Assembly: GCA_964016885.1 (NCBI GenBank)
Contig: OZ024741.1
Coordinates: forward strand, 389,112,001 to 389,176,000
Direction: 5' to 3'
Origin: Eledone cirrhosa
Taxonomy: Eukaryota
DNA: 64,000 nt
Shown here: positions 54,701 through 61,150 of the stretch, one piece after another
Layout of the letters: each line of letters opens with the position of its first letter
Position numbering within the stretch: position 1 is the first letter of the stretch
Position numbers and translations under genes: made by a program
Notes under the pieces: generated by a model
What the model was told of the DNA's origin: nothing
Databases searched by the model: none
The model's input: the letters and a program-made list of their open reading frames with translations, nothing else

Positions 54701-57700
54701 GCACACTACAATTTATCCCTCTCAATGGTTTTTAAAATAATGTATCGATCAAGTGTTGGGATTGATTTCATTGATTATATTTTCCAAAATAAAGTGTAGT
54801 CTTATACCATTGTCTGTCAGAAATCAACAATTATATTTATCATAATCTATAAAGCTCAGTGTGTGGTCATGCTCCTTCGTTATAGAAATCTACGATATAG
54901 AATTTCTTCAATTGAAATTTACAATTCAGTATTCGAAATAGTTTCGATTGCGTCTTGACGCATATAATTTTTTCATTTAAACTGCTGAACTCTTTCTACT
55001 ACCATTCAAAATCTATACAACTTCATACTTTCTGCTACTTTCTCTTTCCAAGCTTGATGGTGATACTGTCCGTTCACACCACTCCCTACTGTCTTAAATT
55101 CAGAAAACACATATCCTCTATGAGGTTACTAAACCTGCTAGAAACAGCAGCTAACTCTCCGCCATATCACACCACTCCCTACTGTCTTAAATTTAGAAAA
55201 CATATCTTCTATGAGGTCACTAAACCTGCTAGAAACAACAGCTAACTCTCCCTCATATCACAACCCTGCCTACTGTCTTAAATTTAGAAAACACACAGAC
55301 AACCATGCAGAACAACTCCATCGCAGCTCTGTTGTTCGGCTGGCATCGTCTACGCGCATGTTGCGCAAGTACTGTGAAACAATAAATTTCAACACTTTTT
55401 TGCACGGAGATAATATCCATAGGCGAAACTACAATTGTCACTGCTGGCGCAGCTCATGCTTCCAGGTCTGCAATTCATTCACCCAGTGCCTGGCAGATAA
55501 AAAAGTGCTGCCATAAAATGGGTGGTGCAACCTAACTTTGGTAACTTAATGACCCCGAGCAACGCCGGGCTTTAATGCTAGTAGTTTATAAAAGAGAAAA
55601 ATTAATGCAAATCATTAAAACATTAGACGAAATGTCTTGCAGAGTTGTTGTTTTTGTGAATTTCTGTTTAGATTCTGAGTTGAAATAATGTGTGAGATGG
55701 GAAATGCATTGTTTGTATATTTGTGCGCGTAAATTATAAAGTGTTACAGACAGAGATATACATATAGATAAATATACAAACACACATAGCCTGTTACTTT
55801 GGTTGATTCTGTTGTTTTTCCTTGCTAAGCAGAATCTCTAAGATAATTCTGTTGTCAATAATTCATCTTTGTTTCTCTTCTTCAGGGTATTTGGGTTTAT
55901 AAATTTGTTCATGGCCAAGACGAACTGAATTACAAAGGCAGCGTATACTCTGAAACTTGGGAAACTATTTCATGGATTGTATCTGGTGTACCGTTTGTGT
56001 TCGTACTTGTTGGAGCCATCCATGCTATTATGGTAGGACGTGGCCCCTGTTGTCAGGTATATATTTTGTTTGCTCTTTAATTCTTTTACCGAATTCAATC
56101 GGTAAATTGTGGCCATGTTGGGGCACTTGATTTAGTTGATCCAGTACTTTTTTTTTTCTTGTAATTTACTCATTTTATCAATCTCTTGTTTTTTATCAAA
56201 CATAAACCATAGACACAGACACAAATGTAAACACACACATACACAGTGGGCTTCTGCTGTTTCTATCAACCAATTCCATACACAAGGCATCGGTTAATGA
56301 CAAGAGTATAGTAGAAGGCACTTACCCAAATTGTTGCATGTGGGGAACTGAGAACTACATGGTTATGAAGCAAACCTGTTAACTACACAATCATACCTAT
56401 AGATATTCTTTTGTTGGTCTAGGGTACCAACTTGAAGCGACTTAATCATCAACTCCAATACATATTTTAGTCTATTGTTTATTTTATTGATGTATATTTT
56501 ATAAAGTGGCTTAGTTATCTTTTGGAGCAAAGCTGTTGTGTCAAACACAAATATTAGCATACACATACACACACTATATATATATAGCACCCAGTTCATC
56601 TTGTAAGGTTGAACTGGGTGTTGGTGCCATGACAGAAATAAAACCAGCCTACCCTGTAAGGTCATACTGGTGCCCCAACAAAAAAAAAACCCAGGCCACC
56701 GTATGGTGGTTGTGCTCTTGCAACAACAATAAAGTATCTAGTACAGCTTATAAGGTGGTCATACAGGGACCACAACAAATGACACCCAATTTCTCTTTGT
56801 AAGGGGGTTGTACTAGTTCTATGACAAAAAACACCCAGTCCACTCTGTAAGGTGGTTGTGCTGGTGCCATGAAAAAAGCTCCCAGTGCATGCTGTAGTGT
56901 TGGCATTATGAAGGGCATTGAGCTGTAGAAAACCAATCCAAAATTGGATTGTATGAGCCTCATAACATGACAACCTGTCTAAGCCTTGCAATCAGGGGAA
57001 ATAAATGTATGATGATATATAAATGGTCTTATACACAATCTCCATCTACCAAATTCCACTTCCAATTTAACCCAAGGCTGTAGATGTAAACATTTATAGA
57101 ACATCAGATCCAGATGACACAAACCAAGAACCCCGTGGTCTATATATGTATATTAATTTCATGATAGGCTACCATTTGGATTCCTACTCCAACAGGTAAA
57201 TTTACATGATGCAATTTGCCTCTTATATATGAGTGTTCTTAGGACTGTCAATGTTTACATATTACTGCTGTTTTGAGGCTTTAATTAACTGTGTAGTTAA
57301 ATACAAAGAGACATACACACACACACACACACATACATACATATATATGACAGGTTTCATGCAGTTTCCATCCACCAATGTCACTCACAAAGCATTAATC
57401 AGTCCAAAGTTATAGTAGAAGACACCTCCACAAGGTGTCCTGCAGTAGGATACCCACCCAATGGTTGCAAACCCCATGGCTGCAAAACAAACCTCTTGGA
57501 AAGATATATCATCACATCATCATTTAATGACTGTTTTCCTTGCTAACCAGGGCTGGACGGGTTTTCAGGGATAGAATCGGTACTCATGTGGGGCTACTGA
57601 CTTCTCAGATGATCCAGAGGCCTGAATATCACTTACATACATTCCCACACTCTACTAAGTGACACCAACACTAGGGAGGTTGTCATGTTTTTGATACAGC

Positions 57701-58034
57701 TGAAGAGTCTTCCCAACACTTTGTTTCCTAAGTTTTTTATGGCTGGCTGCCCTTCCTATCATCATATAATATTTCTAAACTGACTCTCTAATGTGTTTTG
57801 ATTTAATTTTATATTCATTGGAATATAAAACACACAGTCCACGCTGTAATGTGGCCGTGTAGGTAACACGGTAAAAACTTCCCAGTCCACACTGTAAATG
57901 TGGTTGGTGTTAGGAAGGGCATCCAGCTTTAGAAAAGCCGCCAGACAGTCCTATACGAGCAAGACAACCAATCTTGCCTCAAGTGGGAAAATTCCCATCC
58001 AAACCCATGCTAGCGTGGAAGATGGACGTTCAAC

Positions 58035-58065
<31 letters not shown>

Positions 58066-58474
58066 TGCAGATTCAGAGGAAGAAAGTGTCAACTATGTTT
58101 ATTATATTGCAATATATTACTGTATTTCACAACATGCAAGTCACTGGGTTTTTTTCTTCTCCAAAATAAGCCTGGGAGATTTAGCAACTCAAAATTGGGG
58201 TGTGTTTACAATGTTAGACTGTCTTTGACACTTGGAAATACAATATGTTGTTTAAGTATATATAATAATTTAATTCTTATAAATATGTGATGTCTCTGTA
58301 TTTCAGCGTTTCCTCGGGACATTCCAGGAGTCTTCAAGACAATCCCGCTTAGACAATGGAAGGACGTACCACCGCGCTGAGCCCAGCGCCCCTCCATATG
58401 TCTACATGGACGGAGATGCATTTCCCTTGGATCACTTACCATACAAGTCAGACCCAGACCTAAACCCATTGTGA
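5681..58474 (+). CDS. Divergent SLC6/NSS-family (sodium:neurotransmitter symporter-like) membrane protein, 14 coding exons, 599 aa
   Basis: Manual join of 5681-5780, 12542-12676, 16076-16244, 17078-17131, 17567-17738, 26804-26965, 28576-28682, 41626-41750, 43726-43838, 47715-47867, 49056-49152, 51266-51339, 55886-56056, 58307-58474 gives 1800 nt with no internal stop. All introns are GT-AG with matching phases. SLC6-like segments include IPPLFLQLKLGG...PIWKGVG (TM2/IL1), WGTCDNSWNTNFC (EL2 disulfide), SAFEFY, GIDH, and the 135/125/113-nt exon sizes I recall from SLC6 genes. Confidence 0.88.
5960..6520 (-). mobile_element. R4/Dong-clade (RLE-type) non-LTR retrotransposon remnant
   Basis: Minus-strand translation gives WAWLKKSDLKVRTEALICAVQEQ, VHWELC and LIDIAVPGD, the C-terminal region of R4-clade ORFs; frameshifted. 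Confidence 0.7.
6620..7450 (-). mobile_element. Decayed Tc1/mariner transposase remnant
   Basis: Minus-strand KRPDLWHTKNWILHDNNTPCH followed by a degenerate HPPYSPDL-like segment and a GDYFE-like end; contains stops and frameshifts. Confidence 0.72.
8271..8383. mobile_element. Small hAT-like MITE
   Basis: Terminal inverted repeats cagggctggattta ... taaatatggccctg; weak 8-bp TSD. Similar termini occur at 27003-27826. Confidence 0.5.
8498..10802 (+). mobile_element. 5'-truncated RTE-clade LINE (RT domain, frameshifted, internally deleted)
   Basis: ORFs 8462-9736 and 9823-10506 contain NYRGIKL, QFGF, FVDLEKAFDRV, GVHQGSVLSP, LYADDL, LHGSETW and RWYGHV; (GAT)n tail at ~10790-10802. Confidence 0.95.
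11155..11282 (+). mobile_element. 5'-truncated SINE family A copy
   Basis: B-box, core and tail essentially identical to the young copies. Confidence 0.8.
11308..11743. mobile_element. Solo LTR (Gypsy-like)
   Basis: Starts TGTGGTAA and ends TTACTACA (7/8 inverted match); flanked by a perfect 4-bp TSD ACAT (11304-11307 and 11744-11747). Confidence 0.75.
12542..12676 (+). CDS. SLC6-like coding exon 2 (TM2-IL1)
   Basis: ttttcttttcag acceptor; LSVIIHFIFLTVLCIPPLFLQLKLGGHLQKGIVGMLSTYFPIWKG; donor gtaagc; 135 nt, phase 1-1. Confidence 0.9.
12716..12899 (+). mobile_element. SINE family A copy
   Basis: tggcagtatcggtagag head, B-box, core and tail. Confidence 0.85.
13280..13720 (-). mobile_element. 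pogo/Tigger transposase remnant
   Basis: ORF 13381-13569 contains PEQVYNVDKTGFSWKCVPART, resembling the pogo DDE motif PEQIFNADETGLFWK. Confidence 0.7.
16076..16244 (+). CDS. SLC6-like coding exon 3 (TM3 and start of EL2)
   Basis: cttctgcag acceptor; VGIAALVHLMLICIYQGPVVAEVASYMFISVAQQPYLWGTCDNSWNTNFCSPGVV; donor AG|gtaaat chosen because phase 2 matches the next exon. Confidence 0.9.
16410..16590. repeat. Tandem repeat, ~3 x 60 bp
   Basis: Unit ttctactatagttttaggtga(a/t)attgtga..ataaaaacagtttggaag occurs three times. Confidence 0.85.
17078..17131 (+). CDS. SLC6-like coding exon 4 (EL2, 54 nt)
   Basis: ttgttgcag acceptor; SITGLPEMTKRSAFEFY resembles SP..EF(W/Y); donor gttagt; phase 2-2. Confidence 0.82.
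17567..17738 (+). CDS. SLC6-like coding exon 5 (EL2 end and TM4)
   Basis: gtttcag acceptor; LEFWQMTNGIDHVHGFPHWRFTETVSRMTVPMLPIASASVWLLVLLMVALGGRVFGW; donor gtgagt. Confidence 0.9.
18310..18640 (-). mobile_element. RTE 3'UTR-only insertion
   Basis: (CAT)n tail, catgctagcatgggttagac terminus, ggatgcccttcctaaca motif, internal ~40-bp repeats; bounded by (TA)n on both sides. Confidence 0.75.
18664..19052 (-). mobile_element. RTE LINE 3' fragment (subfamily with short 3'UTR)
   Basis: ORF 18678-18974: RRLRWYGHVMRM...GRPRKTW; (CAT)n tail; TA tracts on both sides. Confidence 0.9.
19290..19790 (-). mobile_element. RTE 3'UTR fragment with an expanded ~40-bp internal tandem array
   Basis: About 7 copies of accaccttacagggtggac(c/t)gg..gctttttgt at 19486-19790. 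Confidence 0.75.
19907..20124 (+). mobile_element. SINE family A copy (longer-tail variant)
   Basis: Head, B-box and core, plus tail ggggttgatttaatc...gcctaaatcagaa. Confidence 0.8.
20129..20510 (-). mobile_element. Probable solo LTR
   Basis: Minus strand starts TGTGGTAAG (same terminus as the 11308 LTR) and ends TATA; flanked by the 4-bp direct repeat CCCT (20125-20128 and 20511-20514). Confidence 0.6.
21550..23190. mobile_element. Decayed, rearranged L1/Tx1-like LINE
   Basis: The + strand carries an APE-like LVGDWNGILD motif (~22345). The - strand at 22530-23185 carries ORF2 C-terminal-like SLAWQCYRGA/PVRDKL and HLKRKFKVER. Confidence 0.55.
23200..24090 (+). mobile_element. R4/Dong-clade non-LTR retrotransposon 3' fragment
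   Basis: AQEQAL, HIVSKCKHLA, VHWHLC, YEHKPESVIEN and LIIDVACPFD (RLE) motifs; ends in a (TAA)n tract at 24055-24088. Confidence 0.8.
25873..26171 (+). mobile_element. RTE 3'UTR-only insertion (same subfamily as 35575-39810)
   Basis: Closely similar to 46670-46960; (GAT)n tail. Confidence 0.85.
26238..26421 (+). mobile_element. RTE 3'UTR fragment (subfamily of 8498-10802)
   Basis: Matches 10612-10800. Confidence 0.8.
26804..26965 (+). CDS. SLC6-like coding exon 6 (TM5-EL3)
   Basis: Long pyrimidine tract plus cag; ILAIVTPIAVSCTLVVLGYGLARLDQEPTKEMLKIIFTMPDFEPSLFTSEDIFT; donor gtaagt; 162 nt, phase 0-0. Confidence 0.88.
27205..27600 (-). mobile_element. Another RTE-like LINE 3' fragment; a related copy lies at ~41200-41500
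   Basis: Shared gccagttggttttgcct.taaaatctg; the 41214-41432 ORF gives QILQAKPTGKRPMGRPRAKWLDNI. Confidence 0.6.
28576..28682 (+). CDS. SLC6-like coding exon 7 (TM6)
   Basis: attttccag acceptor; KCMSSFVHIQMALPLWFGIAPTMGKMTGFGKIHKN; donor gtaagt; phase 0-2. Confidence 0.85.
28790..29068. repeat. Tandem repeat, ~3 imperfect 80-120-bp units
   Basis: ggttccgctgt.agaagggttcggcatggccaactggcctgtcc.tcctcata..agtgc occurs three times. Confidence 0.75.
30167..30417. mobile_element. TTAA-flanked MITE family 2 (piggyBac-type ends)
   Basis: ttaa|ctctttt ... aaaggg|ttaa; homologous degenerate copies at ~1790, 2280, 3295, 29070, 40540, 49183 and 63340. Confidence 0.6.
30855..30950. repeat. (CT)n/(CCCT)n microsatellite
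   Basis: Visible directly in the sequence. Confidence 0.95.
31612..32342 (-). mobile_element. RTE LINE 3' fragment
   Basis: Antisense of the RTE C-terminal coding region; (CAT)n tail; closely similar to 53409-54198. Confidence 0.88.
32614..32806 (+). mobile_element. SINE family A copy
   Basis: Full head-to-tail copy; flanked by the direct repeat ttatttatatcaatgat. Confidence 0.85.
32958..34275 (+). mobile_element. 5'-truncated CR1-clade LINE with a duplicated 3' end
   Basis: KAFNSVPHKRLLAKL, SGVPQGSVLGP, KYADDI, ERDLG, MVRPHLEFASPVWNPY, TRGH and FFTLRV..WNKLP motifs; (ATT)n tail. Confidence 0.9.
34440..35085 (-). mobile_element. Fragment of a distinct RTE-like LINE family
   Basis: GLRMNETKTKY, VESVLLYGSETWTL, RLRLAGH and RRGRP motifs (ORFs 34508-34876 and 34831-35082). 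Confidence 0.8.
35091..35429 (-). mobile_element. RTE 3'UTR copy nearly identical to 10478-10802
   Basis: The ORF track shows nearly the same peptide at 10461-10736 (-) and 35173-35460 (+). Confidence 0.9.
35575..39810 (-). mobile_element. Near full-length RTE-clade LINE (APE endonuclease + RT + inserted PHD-type finger), inactivated by stops and frameshifts; 5' boundary uncertain (39150-39810)
   Basis: APE motifs GTINVGTL, CIQETRW, SAYAPQ, AGDLNGHVG, QVDYIL and SQHRLL; RT motifs through LYADDL and FRYLG; (CAT)n tail at 35575. Confidence 0.95.
39851..39898 (+). mobile_element. Minimal RTE 3'-terminal insertion inside (TA)n
   Basis: catcccacccttgcaagccaggaaaagcggacgtaaaatgatgatgat is the reverse complement of the RTE terminus at 18666-18712; TA tracts on both sides. 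Confidence 0.8.
41626..41750 (+). CDS. SLC6-like coding exon 8 (TM7-EL4)
   Basis: ttccag acceptor; TWLLMIVMYGVFWMLPTLTMAPYLGNLIQKSQAILSDVPLS; donor gtatgt; 125 nt, phase 2-1. Confidence 0.88.
41867..42076. mobile_element. piggyBac-type MITE family 1, copy 1
   Basis: TTAA|CCCTTTAACATT ... AATGCTAAAGGG|TTAA. Confidence 0.8.
42497..42716. mobile_element. piggyBac-type MITE family 1, copy 2
   Basis: TTAA|CCCTTTAGCATTC ... GAATGCTAAAGGG|TTAA; internal sequence homologous to copy 1. Confidence 0.85.
43451..43664. mobile_element. piggyBac-type MITE family 1, copy 3 (opposite orientation), with a partial copy at 43345-43400
   Basis: TTAA|CCCTTTAGCATT ... GGG|TTAA; reverse complement of copies 1 and 2. 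Confidence 0.78.
43726..43838 (+). CDS. SLC6-like coding exon 9 (EL4-TM8)
   Basis: atttgcag acceptor; YPLIFDTMATAFSYLRIPPAYALLFYLSIFLYHILFL; donor gtaagc; 113 nt, phase 1-0. Confidence 0.88.
46219..46961 (+). mobile_element. RTE 3' fragment nearly identical to 35577-36327
   Basis: ORF 46209-46583 is almost the same peptide as 35962-36288 (-); (GAT)n tail. Confidence 0.92.
47135..47645 (-). mobile_element. Older RTE 3' fragment ending ~70 nt before exon 10
   Basis: ORF 47132-47500: LERNEA...WYGHV...GRPRKTW. Confidence 0.85.
47715..47867 (+). CDS. SLC6-like coding exon 10 (TM8 end to TM9)
   Basis: catttcag acceptor; CVAILTLVDNIMESLIPCLERNSINKTFINVVVTFLVVGVINALGVPHTTN; donor gtgagt. Confidence 0.87.
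48205..48521 (+). mobile_element. Two tandem SINE A copies; the second has TSD attattatgaaatgcca and a palindromic 3' rearrangement
   Basis: Partial copy at 48205-48302, full copy at 48315-48521. Confidence 0.85.
49056..49152 (+). CDS. SLC6-like coding exon 11 (TM10)
   Basis: tatttag acceptor; AGPYFNTLMTVSLERLVFLVVVLTFIGLIVVY; donor gtaagt; phase 0-1. Confidence 0.87.
49588..49779 (+). mobile_element. Young SINE A copy with TSD attattataaatataaa
   Basis: Full-length copy with a direct repeat on both sides. Confidence 0.9.
50908..51175 (+). mobile_element. tRNA-derived SINE family B (second copy at 60888-61150)
   Basis: A-box gtggcctagtg, B-box gggttca; body gtgttctt..caaaacacttcatttca...ctgtgatggactggcaccctgtccagggg shared with the 60888 copy. 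Confidence 0.75.
51266..51339 (+). CDS. SLC6-like coding exon 12 (IL5-TM11)
   Basis: ttgtacag acceptor; KQNFSLAERIMMGVWFALSCLATA; donor gtaagt; 74 nt, phase 1-0. Confidence 0.83.
51683..51876 (+). mobile_element. SINE family A copy (older)
   Basis: Head, B-box and core present. Confidence 0.75.
51918..52110 (-). mobile_element. Young SINE A copy, antisense, with 15-bp TSD tccagtcattataat
   Basis: Its reverse complement is nearly identical to 49588-49779. Confidence 0.9.
52521..52700 (+). mobile_element. SINE family A copy
   Basis: Head, B-box, core and tail present. Confidence 0.85.
53246..54365. mobile_element. hAT (Charlie-like) MITE carrying a nested RTE fragment
   Basis: TIRs CAGAGGTTCTCAAA ... 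TTTGAGAACCTCTG; 8-bp TSD gtctagtg / gtctagta. Confidence 0.8.
53409..54198 (-). mobile_element. RTE 3' fragment nested in the hAT MITE
   Basis: ORF 53485-54051: IEVVDSFWYLGD...LHGSETW...RWYGHV; remnants of the Cys-rich insert at 54090-54195. Confidence 0.9.
54432..54725 (-). mobile_element. RTE 3' fragment
   Basis: ORF 54447-54725; (CAT)n tail. Confidence 0.88.
54846..55581 (+). mobile_element. Non-autonomous Helitron with an internal 3 x ~92-bp tandem array
   Basis: A|TCTATAAAGC 5' end; subterminal GC hairpin cccgagcaacgccggg (55554-55569); CTAG|T 3' end; no TSD. Confidence 0.72.
55886..56056 (+). CDS. SLC6-like coding exon 13 (TM11 end to TM12)
   Basis: cttcttcag acceptor; GIWVYKFVHGQDELNYKGSVYSETWETISWIVSGVPFVFVLVGAIHAIMVGRGPCCQ; donor CAG|gtatat. 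Confidence 0.88.
56588..57015 (+). mobile_element. RTE 3'UTR fragment with internal repeats
   Basis: Repeated cccagtccactctgtaagg motif, gaagggcat..agctgtagaaaacc motif and gatgat tail. Confidence 0.7.
57826..58064 (+). mobile_element. RTE 3'UTR-only insertion
   Basis: Closely similar to 25930-26171; (GAT)n tail. Confidence 0.85.
58307..58474 (+). CDS. SLC6-like terminal coding exon (cytoplasmic tail containing PSAPPY)
   Basis: gtatttcag acceptor; RFLGTFQESSRQSRLDNGRTYHRAEPSAPPYVYMDGDAFPLDHLPYKSDPDLNPL, then TGA at 58472-58474; GC-rich relative to the flanks. Confidence 0.82.
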   Translation, partial: RFLGTFQESSRQSRLDNGRTYHRAEPSAPPYVYMDGDAFPLDHLPYKSDPDLNPL

Positions 58475-58629
58475 AGGAGAGTTTATACTGAAATTCCAGC
58501 TGACATCACATCTGGACAATAACTATTTTCATTTTCTTCTTCACAACTTGCTGCTATTAAACGTGACAACAACACCAGCAGCAACAACAACAACAATAAT
58601 AATAGTCATTATTCTTATTATTATCATTA

Positions 58630-58830
58630 TGGACAATATGCTTTGTGGTATATAGTTACGGCCCTTTATGTTCTGGGTTCTAATCCCGCTGAGGGTAGCT
58701 TTACCTTTCATCCTTATTGGGTGATAAAATAAAGCATCAGAAACGCACTGGGGTCAATTTAATTGACTTTCCCTTCCCCAAAAAAATTGTTGGCCTTGTG
58801 CCTAAATCAGAAACCATTATTATTATTATT
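58630..58830 (+). mobile_element. SINE A variant in the presumed 3'UTR
   Basis: Core ctttcatcctt and tail ggccttgtgcctaaatcagaaacc(att)n. Confidence 0.75.
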
Positions 58831-60023
58831 ATTTGTTGGTGTTGTTGCCATAGATACCTACACTGAAGCCTACACCAGAAATTAAAAAAAAAAAATAATG
58901 TTCCTATACTCCACTATCCACTTCATCAATACTCAATAAGGTTTCAACTTGCAGATCTTCATATTTTTCCACTTGTGTCTCTGTATTCATGAAGGAATTC
59001 ATCAGATCACTTAAACATGATCCTGGTTCAAAGATCACTCAACAGGGAATTTTTATTTTATTTCAACTTCCTCCTCTCACCCCACCCACCTCTCCTGTTT
59101 CTGGGACCTGTTAGCTAGACAAAAGAAGTGTAGGACCATTTTTGGCAGTCTCTGAAAAACTATGCGCTATTTTAACTATAGCTCTAAATAACACTAGTAC
59201 TTCTATATTCTCTGCTCTCAAAACCTGTCCTGGGCTATCCTTTATGTTACTATGCACAAAATAAGTTATTTTGTAAACTTCATTAATATGTGTATATATA
59301 TATATGTATATATATGTTTGTGTTAAGTATTTCCATAGAAAAGGTAAAAGAAAGAAAAGTATTCTATGTGTAGTACAGAACTATTTAATTATGTAATAAA
59401 CAACACAATACAATTATTCCATTACCCAAGGTTTCATGAAGTCAGACGGTTCTAACAGAAACGTCCGTCTCGTTCATCATTGTGTTGTTTATTACATAAT
59501 TAAATAAATAATATATATATATATATATATAAACAAGAGAATAACTAGGGCAGCATCAGTTTAGAAGTATTGTCTTCCACTAACTTTCATAATGCCTGTC
59601 CCAATCTTTCACCACCACCACCACCACCATTTCCACTTCCCTTCCCATCTACTTCAATATAATAGGAAACGTCAGCTGACTTAGAGATAATGTTTGTGTT
59701 GTTTATTTTTCTTCAGTTTTTGTTTTGTTGTTGTTTAATCTTTCACACCTACTGTTACATTTTATATTTACTGCTGTTGTTGTTCTTTTTATCTTATTTT
59801 GCATTTTTTTTTAAATTGTTTTCAAATTACAAAAAAGGCATACATTTTTCTGTAGGTTTTTAATTTTAGAATTTATTGAAGTAAACAATAGATTATTATG
59901 TTTGTTTACTGTTCTTTCAAATATATAACTCCCTTCTCTATCTATCGGTCTATCTCTAAAAATCAACTATTTTTGCCTAGTTTTACACATTTTTCTCTGG
60001 AAACATATTTTACAGAGGCTGCC

Positions 60024-60027
<4 letters not shown>

Positions 60028-60057
<30 letters not shown>

Positions 60058-60059
60058 GA

Positions 60060-60126
<67 letters not shown>
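60028..60126. repeat. (TA)n microsatellite (others at 18272, 39820, 45745, 61687; (CA)n at 62598)
   Basis: Visible directly in the sequence. Confidence 0.95.
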
Positions 60127-60129
<3 letters not shown>

Positions 60130-60719
60130 ATATAACTAACACATAAATACAGGAAAATATTTTCTCAATATTTCTGTAAATAACTTGTAAGAAAACAACT
60201 TTCAGTACATTAAATCAGACAATTTTTGTTTTTTTTCAATTAAAAATAAAATGAATTATAACTAATACAAACCATCATCTGTTCACATACATCATTATAT
60301 ATAATGTAAAATTGCACTTCAACATTTGTACATTAGTTTAATTAATTCATCTAGAATATGTAATATATGTGAAAAATTCAGTTGATGCTAAAATCAATCT
60401 CCTCAACTGGATGTCTGAAACTTCTCTATTCTTGGGACTTGAAGCATTGTTGTAAGTTTTGCAGGAACTACAGATGAGCTAAAGATTAAAGTGATGGTCT
60501 CCTGTTAAAATTATTAATTTCTTTGATGTATTTTCCTATAATCCCCGACCCATCCACCCAATGAATATTTCCATTGAAAAAAAGGGAGCCTTTATACGAT
60601 ACTACCTTCTAATTTTGTTCTACCTCCTGCCCCTCCTGGTCTTTTATTTTTACAGATCATCAGATGATTAAATCCTCAACATTTCACTTCATAATTATCT
60701 TTGTTCTTCATTCTTCTTT

Positions 60720-60754
<35 letters not shown>

Positions 60755-60887
60755 TGCAGCAACTTCTTAATCTATTGGAATAATAAATGTGAGCCACCTG
60801 ATAATCTGTGATCAGTTCCAAGATGTGAATGTGTTGAGATTTATTGACCTTTATTGTATATAGTTAATTATTGTTCTGTTAATATTG

Positions 60888-61150
60888 TGGAGACATGTGG
60901 CCTTGTGGTAAGGGTGTTGAACTTACAATCATAATGTTGTGAGTTCAATTCCTAGACTGGGTTGTGTGTTGTGTTCTTGAGTAACACACCTCATTTCATG
61001 TTGCTCCAGTATACTCTGCTGAAAAGGAATACCAGCAATAGCTGGGGGGTTTAATCCTGTGATGGCTAGTATGCTGTCCAGGGTGTACTCTCAGTCCCTT
61101 CATGCCACAAAAACTGGAATAAGCAGCAGTCTGATGAGCCTCCAAACTCA
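60888..61150 (+). mobile_element. SINE family B copy
   Basis: Homologous to 50908-51175. Confidence 0.75.

Noticed and set aside
59430-59480. SECIS element that would recode the TGA at 58472
   Set aside because: ATGA and AA are present, but the + strand has no 3' GA partner for the quartet. Readthrough would add only 15 unremarkable residues.
59425-59485. Hammerhead ribozyme (minus strand tgatga...gaaac)
   Set aside because: The core lacks the C of CUGAUGA, stem II does not close between the two core strands, and I could not find stems I or III.
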